This document shows, piece by piece, positions 39,717 to 57,300 of a stretch of DNA of 64,000 bases. A program made the position numbers and the translations under genes. The stretch covers positions 62,001 to 126,000 of the forward strand of contig RHPI01002998.1 of NCBI GenBank assembly GCA_009103225.1, written 5' to 3'. This stretch comes from Chlorokybus atmophyticus. Lineage: Eukaryota; Plantae; Mesostigma and Chlorokybus algae. The notes under the pieces were generated by a model. The model saw only the letters and a program-made list of their open reading frames with translations, was not told where the DNA came from and searched no databases. How positions within the stretch are numbered: position 1 is the first letter of the stretch; the number at the start of each line of letters is the position of its first letter.

Positions 39717-42700
39717 GTGGCTCAGTCGACGTTCGATGAACAAGCAGTCTCGATCAGCGTTAATTATGTGGCTTTTTTAAGAGTTGATACTCGCATTGTG
39801 AGAAGGATTATCAAGCTCAGCAATGTGCGTACGAAAGGTCTTTTTTTCTTTGCACGGGTGTGCACAAGTTACTTCTTGCCTGTCTTTACTGGACGCAAGT
39901 CATTGTTCAGTCAAGTGACACATCGCCTCCTTCCCAAAGCAAATTGTTGTTATTGTGCACTGCCTTATGACAGTCACACAAGCAACATTAACGTGATGCT
40001 CAAGCGTTGCCGCACTGTTGCCTCAAGGGTTGCTGCAATGCACCGAGCACTTGTACACGATTGGCGATGCCGGGTTGGGCAAAACCACAACCTTTATTCA
40101 TTCACCAGTCAATGAGTGCGTGCGTTGAGTTTTCAAAACTGATGCGAAGCTTTCAACGCCAGCCAAAACTGCTCTTCACATACGGATGAGCATGCGAGCA
40201 TTGCAAATAACTTGGGCGTGGCTCTGAGCCATGAGACATTGGAAACAAGCAAAGGTGGGGTGTGGTATTGATCAGGCAAAAAGGGCTTCATTATGCGGCA
40301 ATGCGTCGGCTAGAGAATTTGCAACTCTATTGTGCTCTTGCAGGTGTACATTGGGTGAAGGAAGCATCATCTGCAGCATGTCATAAAAACAAGCATCTCT
40401 TTCTTCACTAGTGCAGCTGCACTTGTTTCCTGCTCGCCATCTGATACTACCCGAGTGCAACCCAATCGCTGACATCTCTTGTTATTTCTTGCAGCACGCA
40501 ACCGAAGCAACAGGCCCAGCACGTTAGAGCAATCATATCAATAGCTGAATAGCATGCAATCATAGGTAGCATCTATTACCAGCAAGGCTGCAAGCTTGCT
40601 AATTGATTGGCTACAAGCTCCCAAGTTGAAGGCGCTGCATCAGTTGACGGTTGTATTGGAGCCTACATGCTTTCGCAAAGCAAGTGATTCAGCTGGGTTC
40701 AACATGTGTTGAGAAATGCGGACACACCTAAAAGCTGCCCAAGCAACTTGCTGAAGCAACCAACACCGGTGCTTGTCAATCATTGCAGCTGCGATTGCTT
40801 GGAAATTGTGCGTGACACTTGTTCCATGTCGGAGTTACAGCACTTGCCAATGGAACCTACGAAAACTGTCTGTCTTACATAGCCGAATGCCACCAGATAA
40901 TTGAGCAATGGCAACAAGTTGGCCGTGAAAATGATGGTGTCAAGAAATTGCGCAGTGATGTGTTTTTGCTGGTACATGTGTTTAGCAAATTTACTTTGTG
41001 CATATGTATAACTATGCTTAAACTGTTTATTTGCAACGTCGCACTGCTGAGTCTATGCAAGCTTTACAACAAGCTGACGTCATGGTTGAAAACGCCCTCA
41101 GTGGTGATCAAGACCTTGATGTTGACATGCTGCGGCATGCTATTGACAAGTACAAAAAGGCTTTGCTGCTTACGCGCGAGCACGATGTAGAGAACGAAGC
41201 CATCGCATTGAGCAAGTAAATTATGCTGCAGCAATGCGGCGTTGCTGTGTGCATTATTGAGTGGAATGCTAAGCAATTTACGCCTTACATAGGTTGGGCA
41301 GAGTGTATATGAAGGTTGTGAAGCTGGAGAAGCGCGGCAACAAGTACTGCATGCAAGCCATTTAGCTGGCGCATAAGCAGCAGGCGCGCAATTGGTTCGG
41401 GCAAAAATGGTGTGTGGAGTGCACTGAGCTCACCAAAAAGGTACGAGCTGCAGCTGCTTTATGCTTGGCCAGGATCATTATGTAAAATAGCCAGCGTACT
41501 GTTTCAATGTAGCACATCGCATGTTGCTGCAGTATCGACAGCGCAAGCTTGCACGCGAAGCCAAGGAGCAGGCCAAGCAGCTCGCGCCCATCCTCAAAGA
41601 GTTGAAAGCTGTTCTTGACATCATATGGGTAAGTTGTCTCATAAATATATGCACGGCTTCTACATTAATGCAGGCACACAGTCGTGCATTTCTTGACTGG
41701 TAAAGGGTCAGCTGATTGGAGCACAGAGTGTTTCAACATCACCTTGTTGGGGCAGGCAAAGTCTCAAGAGTCTGGCATTGCTCCTCTGCAGCACATATAC
41801 CATGTCTGTATTGGATCAAGCGCGATGTGCAGTATTGTTCAGTGCCATGCATGATTTGCATTGCAAAGGCCATGCTTGAGTGTGCATATGCTTGTGCACA
41901 TGCGCGCGAATGTCTGCATGTTGTATACGCGTGTGTTGTGCTCGTGCTGATTGTGACACTCAGGTGTCACGCCTATAAGGCTGGTAAAAGTCATTCTCCG
42001 TACAAGAGCGACGGTCAAGTGCAACCTCCTCCTCCTCCAGTTGAGGTTGAGGGTGATCTCGACTATAAAGTCGAGGCCATCGTCGGTAAACGGTTTAGAA
42101 AGTATAAGAAAAACTTTCGAATCCAATACTTGGTAAAGTGGCTTAGTTATGGTGAAGAACATAACACCTGGGAGCCCATTTCCAACTTGGCAAACTGTGC
42201 TACCAAGCTAGACGAGTTTGAGAATAAGCTCAAATACACAGGCGCCACTTGAGCTTGTGCTCAGAGCATGTGTTCAGTTGCAAAAGCGTGGATGCACGTG
42301 CAACCTCCCTTCATGTGACATACCAACACCGTCAACACTGATACTTAGTATCAGAGTTGGTTCTGTCACTCCCGTGACTTGCACTACTTTCACGCGTCGA
42401 GTGCTGCTATCGACGGCTTTGGCCAACTGTGCCAGAAGCTGTGCGGGACTTGTGTTTCATCATTTTGCAACGAGGTCGTTGCAATGCAAGTGGGGAGGAA
42501 TGTCACGCATATAAGGCTGGCAAAAGTCAATCTATGTCCCTTACTTATGTAGTAAGAGGAGACTAAGTGGATTTTCCATTCCATAAGCATGTATAGTGCT
42601 TGTGGGGTGCGCTTATGTAGGTCTACTCTTGAGCCTATATGGCCCTGAGTGTGATGAACTACACAAGGCATTGGTGAGGGCTAGCATTGAGCTGGTCAGT

Positions 42701-43691
42701 GCCTAAGGCTTTTGGCCCAAACCTATAAGTTGCCACAGGATGTGACAGCTCCAAGAAAGAAAGCCAAGTTGGCAAACCACAGAATCATACTGTGGTAGTG
42801 CGATTTGCCATAATGATGACAGTTGCAAGGCTAAGTGATGCCTGTGGTCAATCCGCAAGTAATACTATACTAGGAGAGCCTATGTTTGTAGTTCTGAGGT
42901 AGGATTGTTCCTCCTATGGAAAACCGAGGGAGTTTGATAATCCCGAGGTTGATGTCCTGTGATGGGACATGTCCTATGTGGACACAGTCAGCATGTGCTG
43001 GAAGGTCAGCACACAGTGACAAGGCCTTGGACCTTGGAAATGCTGTGTGCCAGGTCGGGAGAGCGGCAAGTGGTATAAAAGCTCAGTTGCTACCTTGAGT
43101 AGGAATTAGAGTGTGTTCACCACTTGAGGGCCACTTGTGTGTGGGGTGCCTGGTTGTAGCTGTTGAAGGGGCTCTCCCCCTCATCCCTTGTGAGGTGTGG
43201 TGTTGTGTGTGTGCATGTGGGTGTGTTGGGCGTGGGTGTGCCTGGGGCTGGAGCTGCGTGAGAGGTTGGTGGTCATCCTCTCCTCCCTTGCTGCGCTTCT
43301 GCAACTTCCCGTGCACCGTGGTGCTGATGGGACTTCCGCTGTAAGTCCTTAGTGCTTGTGCATGAGTTTGCCAAGCCCCGACCAGCAAGTAAGTAGAAGT
43401 ATCGTTACATCAAGTGCATCCTCCGAAATACGCCAATCACAAGATGAGCAGTTTGAACTCTGAGTCGATGAAGGAAACCATGCAATCAGCTATCCTCCAC
43501 TATCATCCGGACAAAAAATCTAGCATTTGGCTTGAAGTGGGAGGTAAATGCTTAACTGTGGGCAACACTAACGCAATGTTCCTTATTGCATGTAATCACA
43601 TCACACGTGCATAAGCTTGGTACGATGACAGGTCTTGTGCGAAGAGATCATCAAGCATATTACCGGCAAGTATGAGCATCTGAAGCGATAG
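39717..43691 (+). pseudogene. Decayed TPR-like + C-terminal J-like (HPD) protein gene, interrupted by an LTR element
   Basis: Spliceable exons (..AIDKYKKALLLTREHDVENEAIALSK / LGRVYMKVVKLEKRGNKYCMQAI*LAHK / YRQRKLAREAKEQAK.. / VHPPK..AILHYHPDKK / VLCEEIIKHITGKY*). Lesions: in-frame TAG at 41363, apparent frameshift near 40055, no in-frame ATG at the 5' exon, and an LTR insertion at the J-exon acceptor. Confidence 0.65.
41965..43409 (+). mobile_element. Internally deleted Ty3/gypsy chromovirus LTR retrotransposon
   Basis: 29-bp 5' LTR stub TGTCACGCCTATAAGGCTGGTAAAAGTCA (41965) is repeated at 42501 right after polypurine tract GTGGGGAGGAA. Between them lies an integrase C-terminus/chromodomain (PYKSDGQVQPPPPPVEVEGDLDYKVEAIV..YLVKWLSYGEEHNTWEPISNL). 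The 3' LTR 42501-43409 has TATAAAA at 43074 and ends in TTACA. 5-bp target-site duplication TCAGG (41960) / TCAAG (43410). Confidence 0.85.
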
Positions 43692-44657
43692 AATAACAGC
43701 GACGTTAAGCACATAGACTAATGACAAGGTGCATCTGTTGTGCGTGGATGTGTGCCAGGGTGGGTGCTCTGAGTTTGTGCCACTTTATAACATGTGATGT
43801 CATTATTACACACGCAGAACACATGCATCTGTGGCCCATAAGTTAGAAGTGCTGTGCTGTAACCAACGCATTTGTATGATACCGATGCACCTTTGCCGCG
43901 CATGTATATGTCGACGTCATCAACCGAGGACCATGCGTTATTGTCGCATAAGCTACCTATCCACCTACTAAGCCATCGCTATAGTGCAACCACACTCGAC
44001 CAACTGCTGGCCCGCTGAGACGGCAGATGCTACGCACTGGAAGTCACGCGTATTGTACGCCGGCTGCGCTACTGTCCCAGTTGGTCTTCCGAACGTTCAA
44101 GCGTCATACGCCGCAAAGATTGCACAGGGAGCAGGCTGAGTGGTAACAGAGTTTGCTCATACCGAGGACAAGAAGGCACATGCCCACCGCCCGACCCTAA
44201 CGAGCACGATCTGAAAGCACAGCACATTCCGTTGTGCATTGTTTGTACATGATCGCATGCAGCATATGCAGCATGCGATCTTTGTAAAACCATGTGCAAC
44301 GGCCAATGCGCCAGGCACTGCTGACGTGAGCAGTGCACGGCAAGGGTGATACGACGCAGCGGAGCACCGCTGTGTTGCGGACAATGGCAGAGGAAGGAGG
44401 TGGAGACAGGGAGGGAGGGCGGGGGAGTCCTTGTCGCTAATGTGCATGTTGCCATCCTGACCAACAGCGCCAGAAACCAACCAGCGCCACTGTGGGCAGG
44501 TGATTATAACCGCATGTATACAGAAAATGCCAGTGATGTAAGCTATTGCTTGACTAACAGGGTGAAGGCAGTAGAGTAGTGGCGTAGTGAAATAGCCCGG
44601 CGGTGACCTGGCGGTGGGTGGGTGTGGGGGGGGGGGGGGGCCAAAAACACATGCAGN

Positions 44658-45050
<393 letters not shown>

Positions 45051-45699
45051 CCAAAAACACATGCAGTGCTTCACCACGCCAGGCGAGCGCACTCAGATGC
45101 ACAATCATGCGCCCGCGCGCCCTCACTACCAGCCCCGCCGTCGACCCCAGCCTCGCGCGCGCATACGCATGCATACACACGGCAGTCGCATAGCAGACTC
45201 AGCATGCCTTGCACCCTACGCATCTGAGCTTGTCCATACCTTACTGATGTCCGTTGACAGCCTTGCCCCACAAATAGCCAACCCTAACACGCAGTCCTTC
45301 AACAAACGATGGAAGCACGGGCGAGAAAGACAGCAACTCCATATTGTCATAGCCAAGCTACTCTCGAGCGCACACAAACAAAAGTACGATATACAGGGCA
45401 CCCCCCACAGCGCGGCATGCGCCCAGAGAAACATCTCGCATGAATGGTGTGTACAAACGATGTGGCTACTGATACATACAACACACCACCAGCTGCATGC
45501 CACTCAGCCCTCTGAACCCAACAACGGTTCATGCTGTTGACCGCTCGCATGCTCTGTGCTAGCGTCTTGAGACCCATTTGGTGCAAGGTGCGTACGCGAT
45601 ACACGCCAACCTGTGTTACAACAGTATGTCTCAGGGAAGTGAAACAAGACTTTGCACCAACAAGAGGCTCGCGCAGACACATCATCAAAGGCCGCTCAC

Positions 45700-49117
<3,418 letters not shown>

Positions 49118-49372
49118 GCTGAACTACCTGAATGCACTATGAATAATGAGTCACACTTCTCACACTCTGCGGAAGATAAACTTCTTAGAACTGTCTCGGA
49201 AACACACACTAGTACCAGACATATTGCCCGATTGCTGTTTCTTATAAAAAGTACCTCGTTACTTCCCTGGATAGTGCACAGCGGTATCTGTAGGCAATCT
49301 GTTGTCTGCGCAGCTGCGTCGGCGGCGTCGTTGTTGGTGTTGTCGTCGTAGTCGTCACCAGCCGTCGCCACC

Positions 49373-50307
49373 ATGTCGGTGACTCACATTACTCTGCCAG
49401 TGAAGGACGTGCACAAGAGCTTCGCCTTCTACGAGGCGGCGCTGAAGCCTTTGGGGTGAGTGAGGAAGAGGAGTAGAGTTGGAGGCTGCATGCCATGTGT
49501 GCCTGGATGTGCTTGGATGCTGACTACACTGAATTGCACTGTTGTGCACAGGTACACCAAGTTTGACAGGCCGCAGCTGTCAAGAGGCATGGGCGGCTTC
49601 TGCAACGCTCGGGGCGTGCCGGACTTCATGATCAAGGAGCTGAAGGACGGCAGCGAAGTCCAGGGAGTACATGCAGCTTTTGCTGCGAAGGTAGGCGCCT
49701 TGTTGACATTTGACAAGGCCAGCAAGGCTAGGGTTTGGTGGTGAGGAGCATAGCAGCAGTACTGCGTTGGTGAGGCAGCTACATTGTTGAGCATGCATGA
49801 GGTTTGCTAGAGGCAGATGTGAAGGGATTTCCTAGCTGAGTGATGGGAGAGAAGAAGAGGGTTGTTTCGGCAGCTGAGCAGCAGGGTTGGGGGCACACAG
49901 GTTGTGTTAAGATGAAGCCGCCAGAGCCGTCTGTGAAGCAATCCTTGTCTAAGGGACTGATTGTACTTGCAATCCAATAATAACCTTGTTTCTGTGCAGT
50001 CACACGAAGATGTTGACGCATGGTACAAGGCCTGCCTGGATGCAGGTGCGAAAGACAACGGGCCACCAGGTAATGACAGTTGTTGCCTAACCGTAAGTTG
50101 ATAATCTCGAGTGTGCATTGAGTGGCTCTTCATGGTGGGAAGGCAGCCGTAGCTGAACATGTTAGACAACACACAGCATCATGCCCACACCCGTTTGAAA
50201 TGTTTGGTGTGTGTGCAGGCTTGCGCGTGGATTACCATCCCAACTTTTATGCTGCCTTCGTTGTTGATCCCGATGGCCACCGCCTTGAGGCCTGCTACTG
50301 CGACTAA
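49373..50307 (+). CDS. Single-domain VOC/glyoxalase-bleomycin resistance family protein (microbial type)
   Basis: Four exons: MSVTHITLPVKDVHKSFAFYEAALKPLG / Y..VHAAFAAK / SHEDVDAWYKACLDAGAKDNGPP / GLRVDYHPNFYAAFVVDPDGHRLEACYCD TAA. Confidence 0.9.
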
Positions 50308-51461
50308 AGCGGGATGCTGAAGCCGAATCACGCTCATGGATCAACTCTGCATGGGTGAATGTAATGTGTGACCAGTTCAAGTCAATCCACAGTGGTGCCA
50401 TCTTGTCAAAATGTACAGTGCAGATATTGTCATCCAGGTGCATGTTCGGACAACGGGACATGTCAAGACATGTTGTAACAACAGGATACGTGTCATCATT
50501 AGTGACGTATACCAAGTGTAGTGTAGTTTTTGTAACTAGTGTAGTTGATGCATAACTGAAAGAAACAATTTTGACTACGCCAAGGTAGACTAGCTGTTGG
50601 TACTTGACCAGAAGGCAATTGCTGTGCCCTTGACGCATGATGTTTATCACCAAGTGGTCGCGAGGCACTTGAGGAGCTCCTTTTTTGTTGCATTACCATC
50701 ACCGCATAAATTGGCAAGGGGCATAACATCATGTCATTGCTGCGCTGTACTGATGTTGAAAGCGTGCAAAACCTTTGATGCATACCATTGCATTGCCCAA
50801 ACTTGCTATTTCAAAAAAGCGAACTGGGTGATTGTACAGCTTCGTACCACATCATTAGTCCGGATGGTAATGTTCGTGTTTCTGCTGTTTACATCAACAT
50901 GTATATGCTTGTTTTTTGTGCACACTGTGCATTACTACCAGTAAATGCCAGGCAATAGCATTGCTGCCCAAAAGTACCGCTCAATCAGCAATAAAAGGCA
51001 TCAAGCTATGATTTCAACTGAAACTTGACTGAGTACAGGCTTAGTAGGAATGCATCTATGTTGAATATAGCTAGTTGATTGTAAATGTACTATGTCATAT
51101 TTGTGGACGATGCAGCACAACACACATTATGCTGTGATTTACCTGAAACGATCACATCTTGGTATCGAAAGTGATAATAGTCAAGAAAGGGAATCCTTGC
51201 AACCCTACCAAATTGCACTCTCATACAGCAGATGCAGTTTGAATCACCATTGTCTGGTTCATGCTGGGTTGGAGAGGTGTTGATGCGCGTAAACACATGC
51301 TTGTGGAGATTGTTGCACACAAACGCTTCCTACTGCTAGCGCTGAATTACCCATTCCGCTTGACTGTGTTATAAGCACCACATGCATGGCAAGCAACCCT
51401 ACAACTACCTACAACAATTGCAGTATAAGATTAGCCCTTGTAATCACAACAGCCGATTGTA

Positions 51462-53346
51462 CTATTCTTTGCTAGCCATGTCGGCATCTGATTGTTTCCG
51501 ACTTAGCAATGGCCTGCCTGCTTCGGGATCTCCACTACGATTGGGTTGTGGTGTATGCGTCGCCGTGGGTTTGCTGAAAAAAAGACGCATCGTTACACGA
51601 CCACATTCACCGGATGCAGCACGGGAAAGTTGACCACACAGTACATACCTGTTGTAGTGTGTGTATGCTACCATGCCAACCACTGCGATTGCAATGCCAC
51701 TAAGGTTGCGGTAATTCCATGGCGAGGCGAACAGCATGAAGCCGGCACTCAGCACAAGGCAGGTTTTCAGGTGCCCCAGCACCTGAGGAAGTTTCAGTTT
51801 GCCATAATTATCATGGCATGCACCGAAGGCTGCAGAGTCAAACCTGATATGTCACAGGACTCGTAATGCCAATGACCAGAAACGTGCTGAAGTTCACCGA
51901 AATGGACACCAAACAGGAGAGAATGATGAAGAACTGAACACAGAAACAGTCAATAATCATGGCACGCGGTACACTGCTGCGACACATGCTACAGAGATGC
52001 AAGCCTCAACAGCTGTTGTGCTCGTCATAGACATCTGACATCCACTTACCAGCACAGGCTGATTGTAGTCATAGCGGAACACGTTCTGGCCAGTCAGGTA
52101 CTTGTCAAAAAGTGGCCCACACAGCATCAGCGTTGCTGACTGTATGGGGGATGACTGGTACAAAAGCTGTGTACTGCTGACTTGACAGTTCTTTTGAATG
52201 GTGTTGGTGGTCTGCAAGACGAAGCAGCAAGGGCGCAAACATCAGCGCATTGCGCTTACCATCATGCTGTGCAGTGGCAACACGCGTGCACACACACATG
52301 CATAGAGAAGCACGCGCGAGCTCTTGCGTGTGCTTCTCTATGCATCGACACACGCCACTCACGATTTGCCCGTAGCAAGTTGTGATGATGGCAGCTGCAG
52401 AAAGCATTGTGCCGACGAAATTCGCTTCCAGATCGGTAACAGTGGCCACACCCACTCCAAGCAGCAGAACTGCCAAGCTCAGCTGCACAGAACGACTGCC
52501 ATATTGCAAAACGAGGACCATCAAGTCAGACATTTGACACACGGAGAGAAGCGCGACAACAGCAATGGCACATGTGTGCTGTGCAGAGCACCGCTGCACA
52601 CACAACTACCAGACAATGTACGTCTGCATCGCTTCTGCTGCTAGAGCACACCTGAATGTTTTGTTGTAGAACAGGATCTGAATCATAACTGTACAAGGGA
52701 TGATCGCGAGCTTGGTCATCTGCACATGTACAAAATCATGTTTGCAGTTTGCAGAACTTACTGTGGGCTAGTATTGTAAACCAGGAAATGCAGCAATTCT
52801 ATTGACTTGTCTTCAGTGCACATACTGCATTCCAAGCGCAGTGGCAAGCAAGGATGGAAAGCTCTCACAGCGGTATGCGCTAATGAATTCAACATGCATT
52901 GACGCACCTGATAGAACCCAACCGAATTGAAGCCCAGGCTGAGATTAAGGAACCCTATTGAACAGCCATTGATAATCCCAAACAGCAGCTGGGGCCCCCA
53001 ATCAATGCCTTTGTGTTCAAACCACCCAAGCGTCCTTGCCACATGCAGGGCTAAGAATGTGACGCCCAAATGCCATGCTGTCAATGTTGTTGCTGCGCAC
53101 ACATACTGCATCACGACAGAACGACACACAAGGAAACCAACTGCATGCTTCCTGCTAGAACATCATGCATGTTAATACCAAAGCAATGCAGCCTTCAGTG
53201 GCGTTGCAAGCTACACACGCACAGTGAAGTAGGGGAAACTCACCAAAGTTGAAATTCAGCACTGACATCAAGTACTTGTTGCATAAGACAATGGAGACAC
53301 TGGAAACCACGCTCAGCGCCAAGGCGCCCAACACTCGCGGCTCCAT
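51462..53346 (-). CDS. Nucleotide-sugar transporter of the TPT/NST family, UDP-xylose transporter-like
   Basis: GALALSVVSSVSIVLCNKYLM, ATTLTAWHL, LNLSLGFNSVGFYQ, LGVGVATVTD, TNTIQKNCQVSSTQLLYQS, VNFSTFLVIG, VLGHLKTCLVL closely follow plant UXT1-3. Confidence 0.92.
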
Positions 53347-54387
53347 TGCACAACAGCAGTGGCTGGCCCCACGCTTCACGCTATCATAAGCAACATGCAC
53401 TCTCCGGACAATGTTGTTGCCACATCGCCTCCCACAAGCAAATCACAGCTAGCACAGCTCAGGGTCAAGCTCAAGCTCCAAGTGAAGTGGAGTCTCCCAG
53501 CACCAGGTATCCACGACCAATTGACATGTGGAAAATGCGACCACAGCTGAACCTAGCTCAATCAAACCCTCAGACAGATGACACCACAACAATGCGACTG
53601 TCGAGTCGTCCGACAAGCATTCCCCCGCTGCTGCAAGCTGATTGCCAGCTGTCACATCAAAGCCCTAACTAATACACGCTGAGGTGCAGCGTTGCAGCAT
53701 TGTTGCAAGGTTTTGCCATGTATGACACCCGTTGTCGCATGCGTTGTATCACAAAAGCATGAAATTGCACAAATGGATGTGTCGCCGACGGCTACGCGCC
53801 GTTAGTGTTTACCGTTTATACATTTAACGCGAGATCCGGATCTTTTATCCCGAATTGATATTTGAGGTCAGGTCTAGAGCTCTGTGCAAAGCGCCTCTGA
53901 GGAGCTGTCTCGATATCAACGCCCGGCTGTCACCCAGCCTGGACCGGGTCCCACCCCTTCCTTGGTTAAATGCCGCGCCTTGGAAGTGTGAGACATGCGA
54001 AGTTGATCTTTGTAAGTCACCTGCCAGTCAAATCACCTGGTCCGGGACCCCGATCGCTTGAACACAAGGCTTTAGGTCTAATGAAACAAGTTCTTCAAGA
54101 GGTTTTTTCCAGACAACCTCATGGGTTTACGTTGCAGTTTTCACTTGAAGCACTCTGCTGACCGAGTCCGCTAACCACTAAGTGTATATCACCTTCATTG
54201 GTAGATATCTGGCTTTTGCCTTGCGAGCTTGCGTTTGTGGTTGCATTTGGTGCCAGCTGGCAGCCAGGTAGGGTTTCGCCCAGCGACGGCTGCCGCGGTG
54301 AAGTTGTCCGCGGCGTGGCCGTCGACTTGGGTGACATTGTTCTGCTGAGCGGCGAGAGAGGTTGGGAGGGGAGAAGGGTGTCTCAGC

Positions 54388-57300
54388 ATGGCGCTTGCTG
54401 GCGCTGTGACAGGGAGTGCTGCTTGCTTGACAGCAGCGCCGGCGCCTGCGGCTGCGGATCTGCTGCCGCCGCGCCAGGCCAGGCGTGGGATGAGCGGTTG
54501 CTACCCGATCTCTGCAACTTCTGGTAAGATAATAAATGTGCTCATTCTAGGTCCACGGCATGACATGCGAGTTATGCCCTCATGTAAGGTGCATGCAATG
54601 CAGCAGTGGTCCTGCGTGGCAGCTTTGTATCCTTGGACAAGGTGACTGCAGAGAGTCAATACCGTGCAATGTGCTTACTGTTGGTTGTGGCCTAGCATTC
54701 TGCCTGCCTGTCTTTTGCTGCTCGTATGGCAGCCTGCATGGCAGCAGCTGATTTGGACGCATGAGCCAGTCTTTATAGCCATATTCGCCAACGGTTCATG
54801 AGCTAGCAGCATATCGCTGTTTTGCTTACTTATACATCAACAGTTCACAGCCTTGCGCATGTCTTGGTAACAGATTTCAGATAGGTTAGCATTGCGCCAT
54901 GCCCGCAAAGCATTGCATATTCAGGCTGGCGTGCATGCTAATGGTTGTCATGTCATTGCATTTTGGCAGGAAGCAAGCATATGTCTACATATTCTGGCCT
55001 TGCCCGGACCAGTTCTTCGACTGCAGTGCGAGCATCATCCAGCACGCGCAGAAGCCAGGTGCATACTTGCACCAACGATTGTCAGCTGATATTTGCGCAC
55101 ATTTTCAGCTTGCATGGGCAGCTGCGCTGATGTGCACAAGTCCGGGCACCACAGTCCTTTCTGCCCAAGTTGAAGTTGCCTGAGCCAGAATTCTTACAAA
55201 ACTTGGTGCCTCCCCCTCATATTTATGGTATGCTGTGTCCAGGTGCCAGCTGTAAGGGCAGAAGCCAGGGATTCAGATGTAGATTACCGCCCTAGCCCGT
55301 TGGAGGACCCCAACCTGAAAGGTGTCTCAAGTCCATACGCCACTCTTGACGACGATGATGAGGAAGACGACGATCTGTATGAGGATGCTGGCGAAGCGAC
55401 CAGTTATGGTAACAGAGATGCTGCCGCCAATGCTGCAGCGCAGTTGGAGGTAAGGCCAGTGCAAATGTTGTTAAACAAAATGTTGTCATGTGCATCTCGG
55501 GTAGGTATTGGTGTGCTTGTTGTTGACTTGGGATCTCAGTGGCATTGCTTGTTGCCTGTTATTGGGCACGTTTTGTTCAAAATTCACGATGTAGTACAAC
55601 AGCAGTCGACTGACTCTGTTAGTGGCACAGTTTGCTGAGCGATACTGTGTTGTCTTGTGCATTTTACTTGAAGCCGGTTGCAGCATGTCAAGTGTGATTG
55701 TAACGCTGTGCATTGTGACGCTGTGCAGGCATTGCGTAAAGATAACCAGATGCTGCGTGCCCGGATGGAGTCTGCGACATTGTCACCATACAAGGTCCCG
55801 CAGCCCTCTGGGGATGGAACCGATGTGATCAAGGTCAGTTCATGCCTTACACACATGTACAGCAGGTTGTCTCCTGGTTATACACTTTTGGTTCAGTAGC
55901 ATGCCCTGTACCCCTGGAGACAGCTAACAAACCACAAACTATGAAGTCATTGACCCGATTTTGCAGATTGACCCTTATCTGGAGCCTTACAAGGGACACT
56001 TGCAATACCGTTACAGCAAGTTCAAGGAGAGGTTCGCCGAAATTGAGAAGTATGAGGGGGGCTTGGAGAAGTTCTCAAGGGGTTATGAGAAGTTTGGCTT
56101 CACTTTGTCTCGTGACGGCATCACATACAGGTAAGGCCATGCACTCAGCACATCACTTGTGAGTAGTTAGTTATTGCCAATGTCGGGTCTCATAAGTATA
56201 AACTGTGCAGAGAGTGGGCCCCTGCAGCCACGAAGGCTTCCCTGATTGGCGACTTCAATAACTGGGACCAGAACGCTGACCCCATGACTAAGAACCCCTA
56301 TGGCGTGTTTGAGCTCAACCTGCCCAACAATGCAGACGGCACGCCTGCCATTCCCCATGGATCGAAGGTCAAGATCCGCATGCTGTCTGAGTCCGGAGAG
56401 TGGATTGACCGCATTCCCGCGTGGATAAAGTATGCCGTGCAGGTACAAAACTGCAATCTGTATCATCGATCTCAACCTCTGTAGTACCTATATGCTGATA
56501 CTGGACGCCGGTGTTCACATTCGGTTTGAGTAATCGTGTCAGCCATAGTTGCCAGGTGTTGGGTCGTGAATGTCATACGTAGTAGTGCAGACATTGGCGC
56601 AGACTGCCAGTCTGCGGATTGCACAACAGAAATGGCCAAGGGTTTTGCTGTCATTGCCTTGTGTAACTGTAACCGTTGCATGCAGCCTGAAGGTCAAGTT
56701 CTGTATGATGGTGTGTACTGGGATGCACCTGAGAAGTACGAGTTCAAGCACCCTAGGCCACCGAAGCCTCGCACTCTGCGCATCTATGAGGCACATGTTG
56801 GCATGTCGTCTGTGGATCCCAAAATCAGGTGAAAATGCGCAACTTATGTCAATGCAGTATTCTAAGTGTGCACTGCTGAAACTGACAGCACCACATGTGT
56901 GCAGCACGTACATCGAGTTCCGAGACACTGTGCTGCCTCGCATCAAGGATCTGGGCTACAATGCTGTGCAGCTCATGGCCGTCATGGAACACGCGTACTA
57001 TGGCTCATTTGGTTACCACATCACAAACTTCTTCGCTGTATCATCAAGGTGACTTATGCACCTGTGCGTGAGCTATTGAAGTTTTGATTGTGCCTGCCCG
57101 GTGTGTGTATTGGTGTACATGCAACACACCAGCAGCAGTTGTGGAAGGGGTGGGGGGGAAGGGGGGCTCATTTCCACCATTATCTCAGAGCAGGTGTGGT
57201 TGCTCATGTTGCTCGCAATCATGAGTTCAACATCTGCTCCTGATGTCTTGCTGCAGGTGTGGAACTCCAGAGGACCTCAAGTCGCTTATCGACCGCGCCC

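Noticed and set aside
41363-41365. Possible TAG/TAA-to-Gln genetic code as in several ulvophycean algae: QAI*LAH in the TPR gene, CAG CAC TAG CAA TAG in the Gln-rich tail at 30525, and mostly TGA stops
   Set aside because: No TAR codon was seen among the Gln codons read in SBE, AGXT, HIBADH or the SnoaL gene. Three genes end naturally at TAA, and the J-like exon and UXT end naturally at TAG. The TPR gene has other lesions, and CAG-to-TAG is a simple transition. A genome-wide codon-to-alignment test would settle it.
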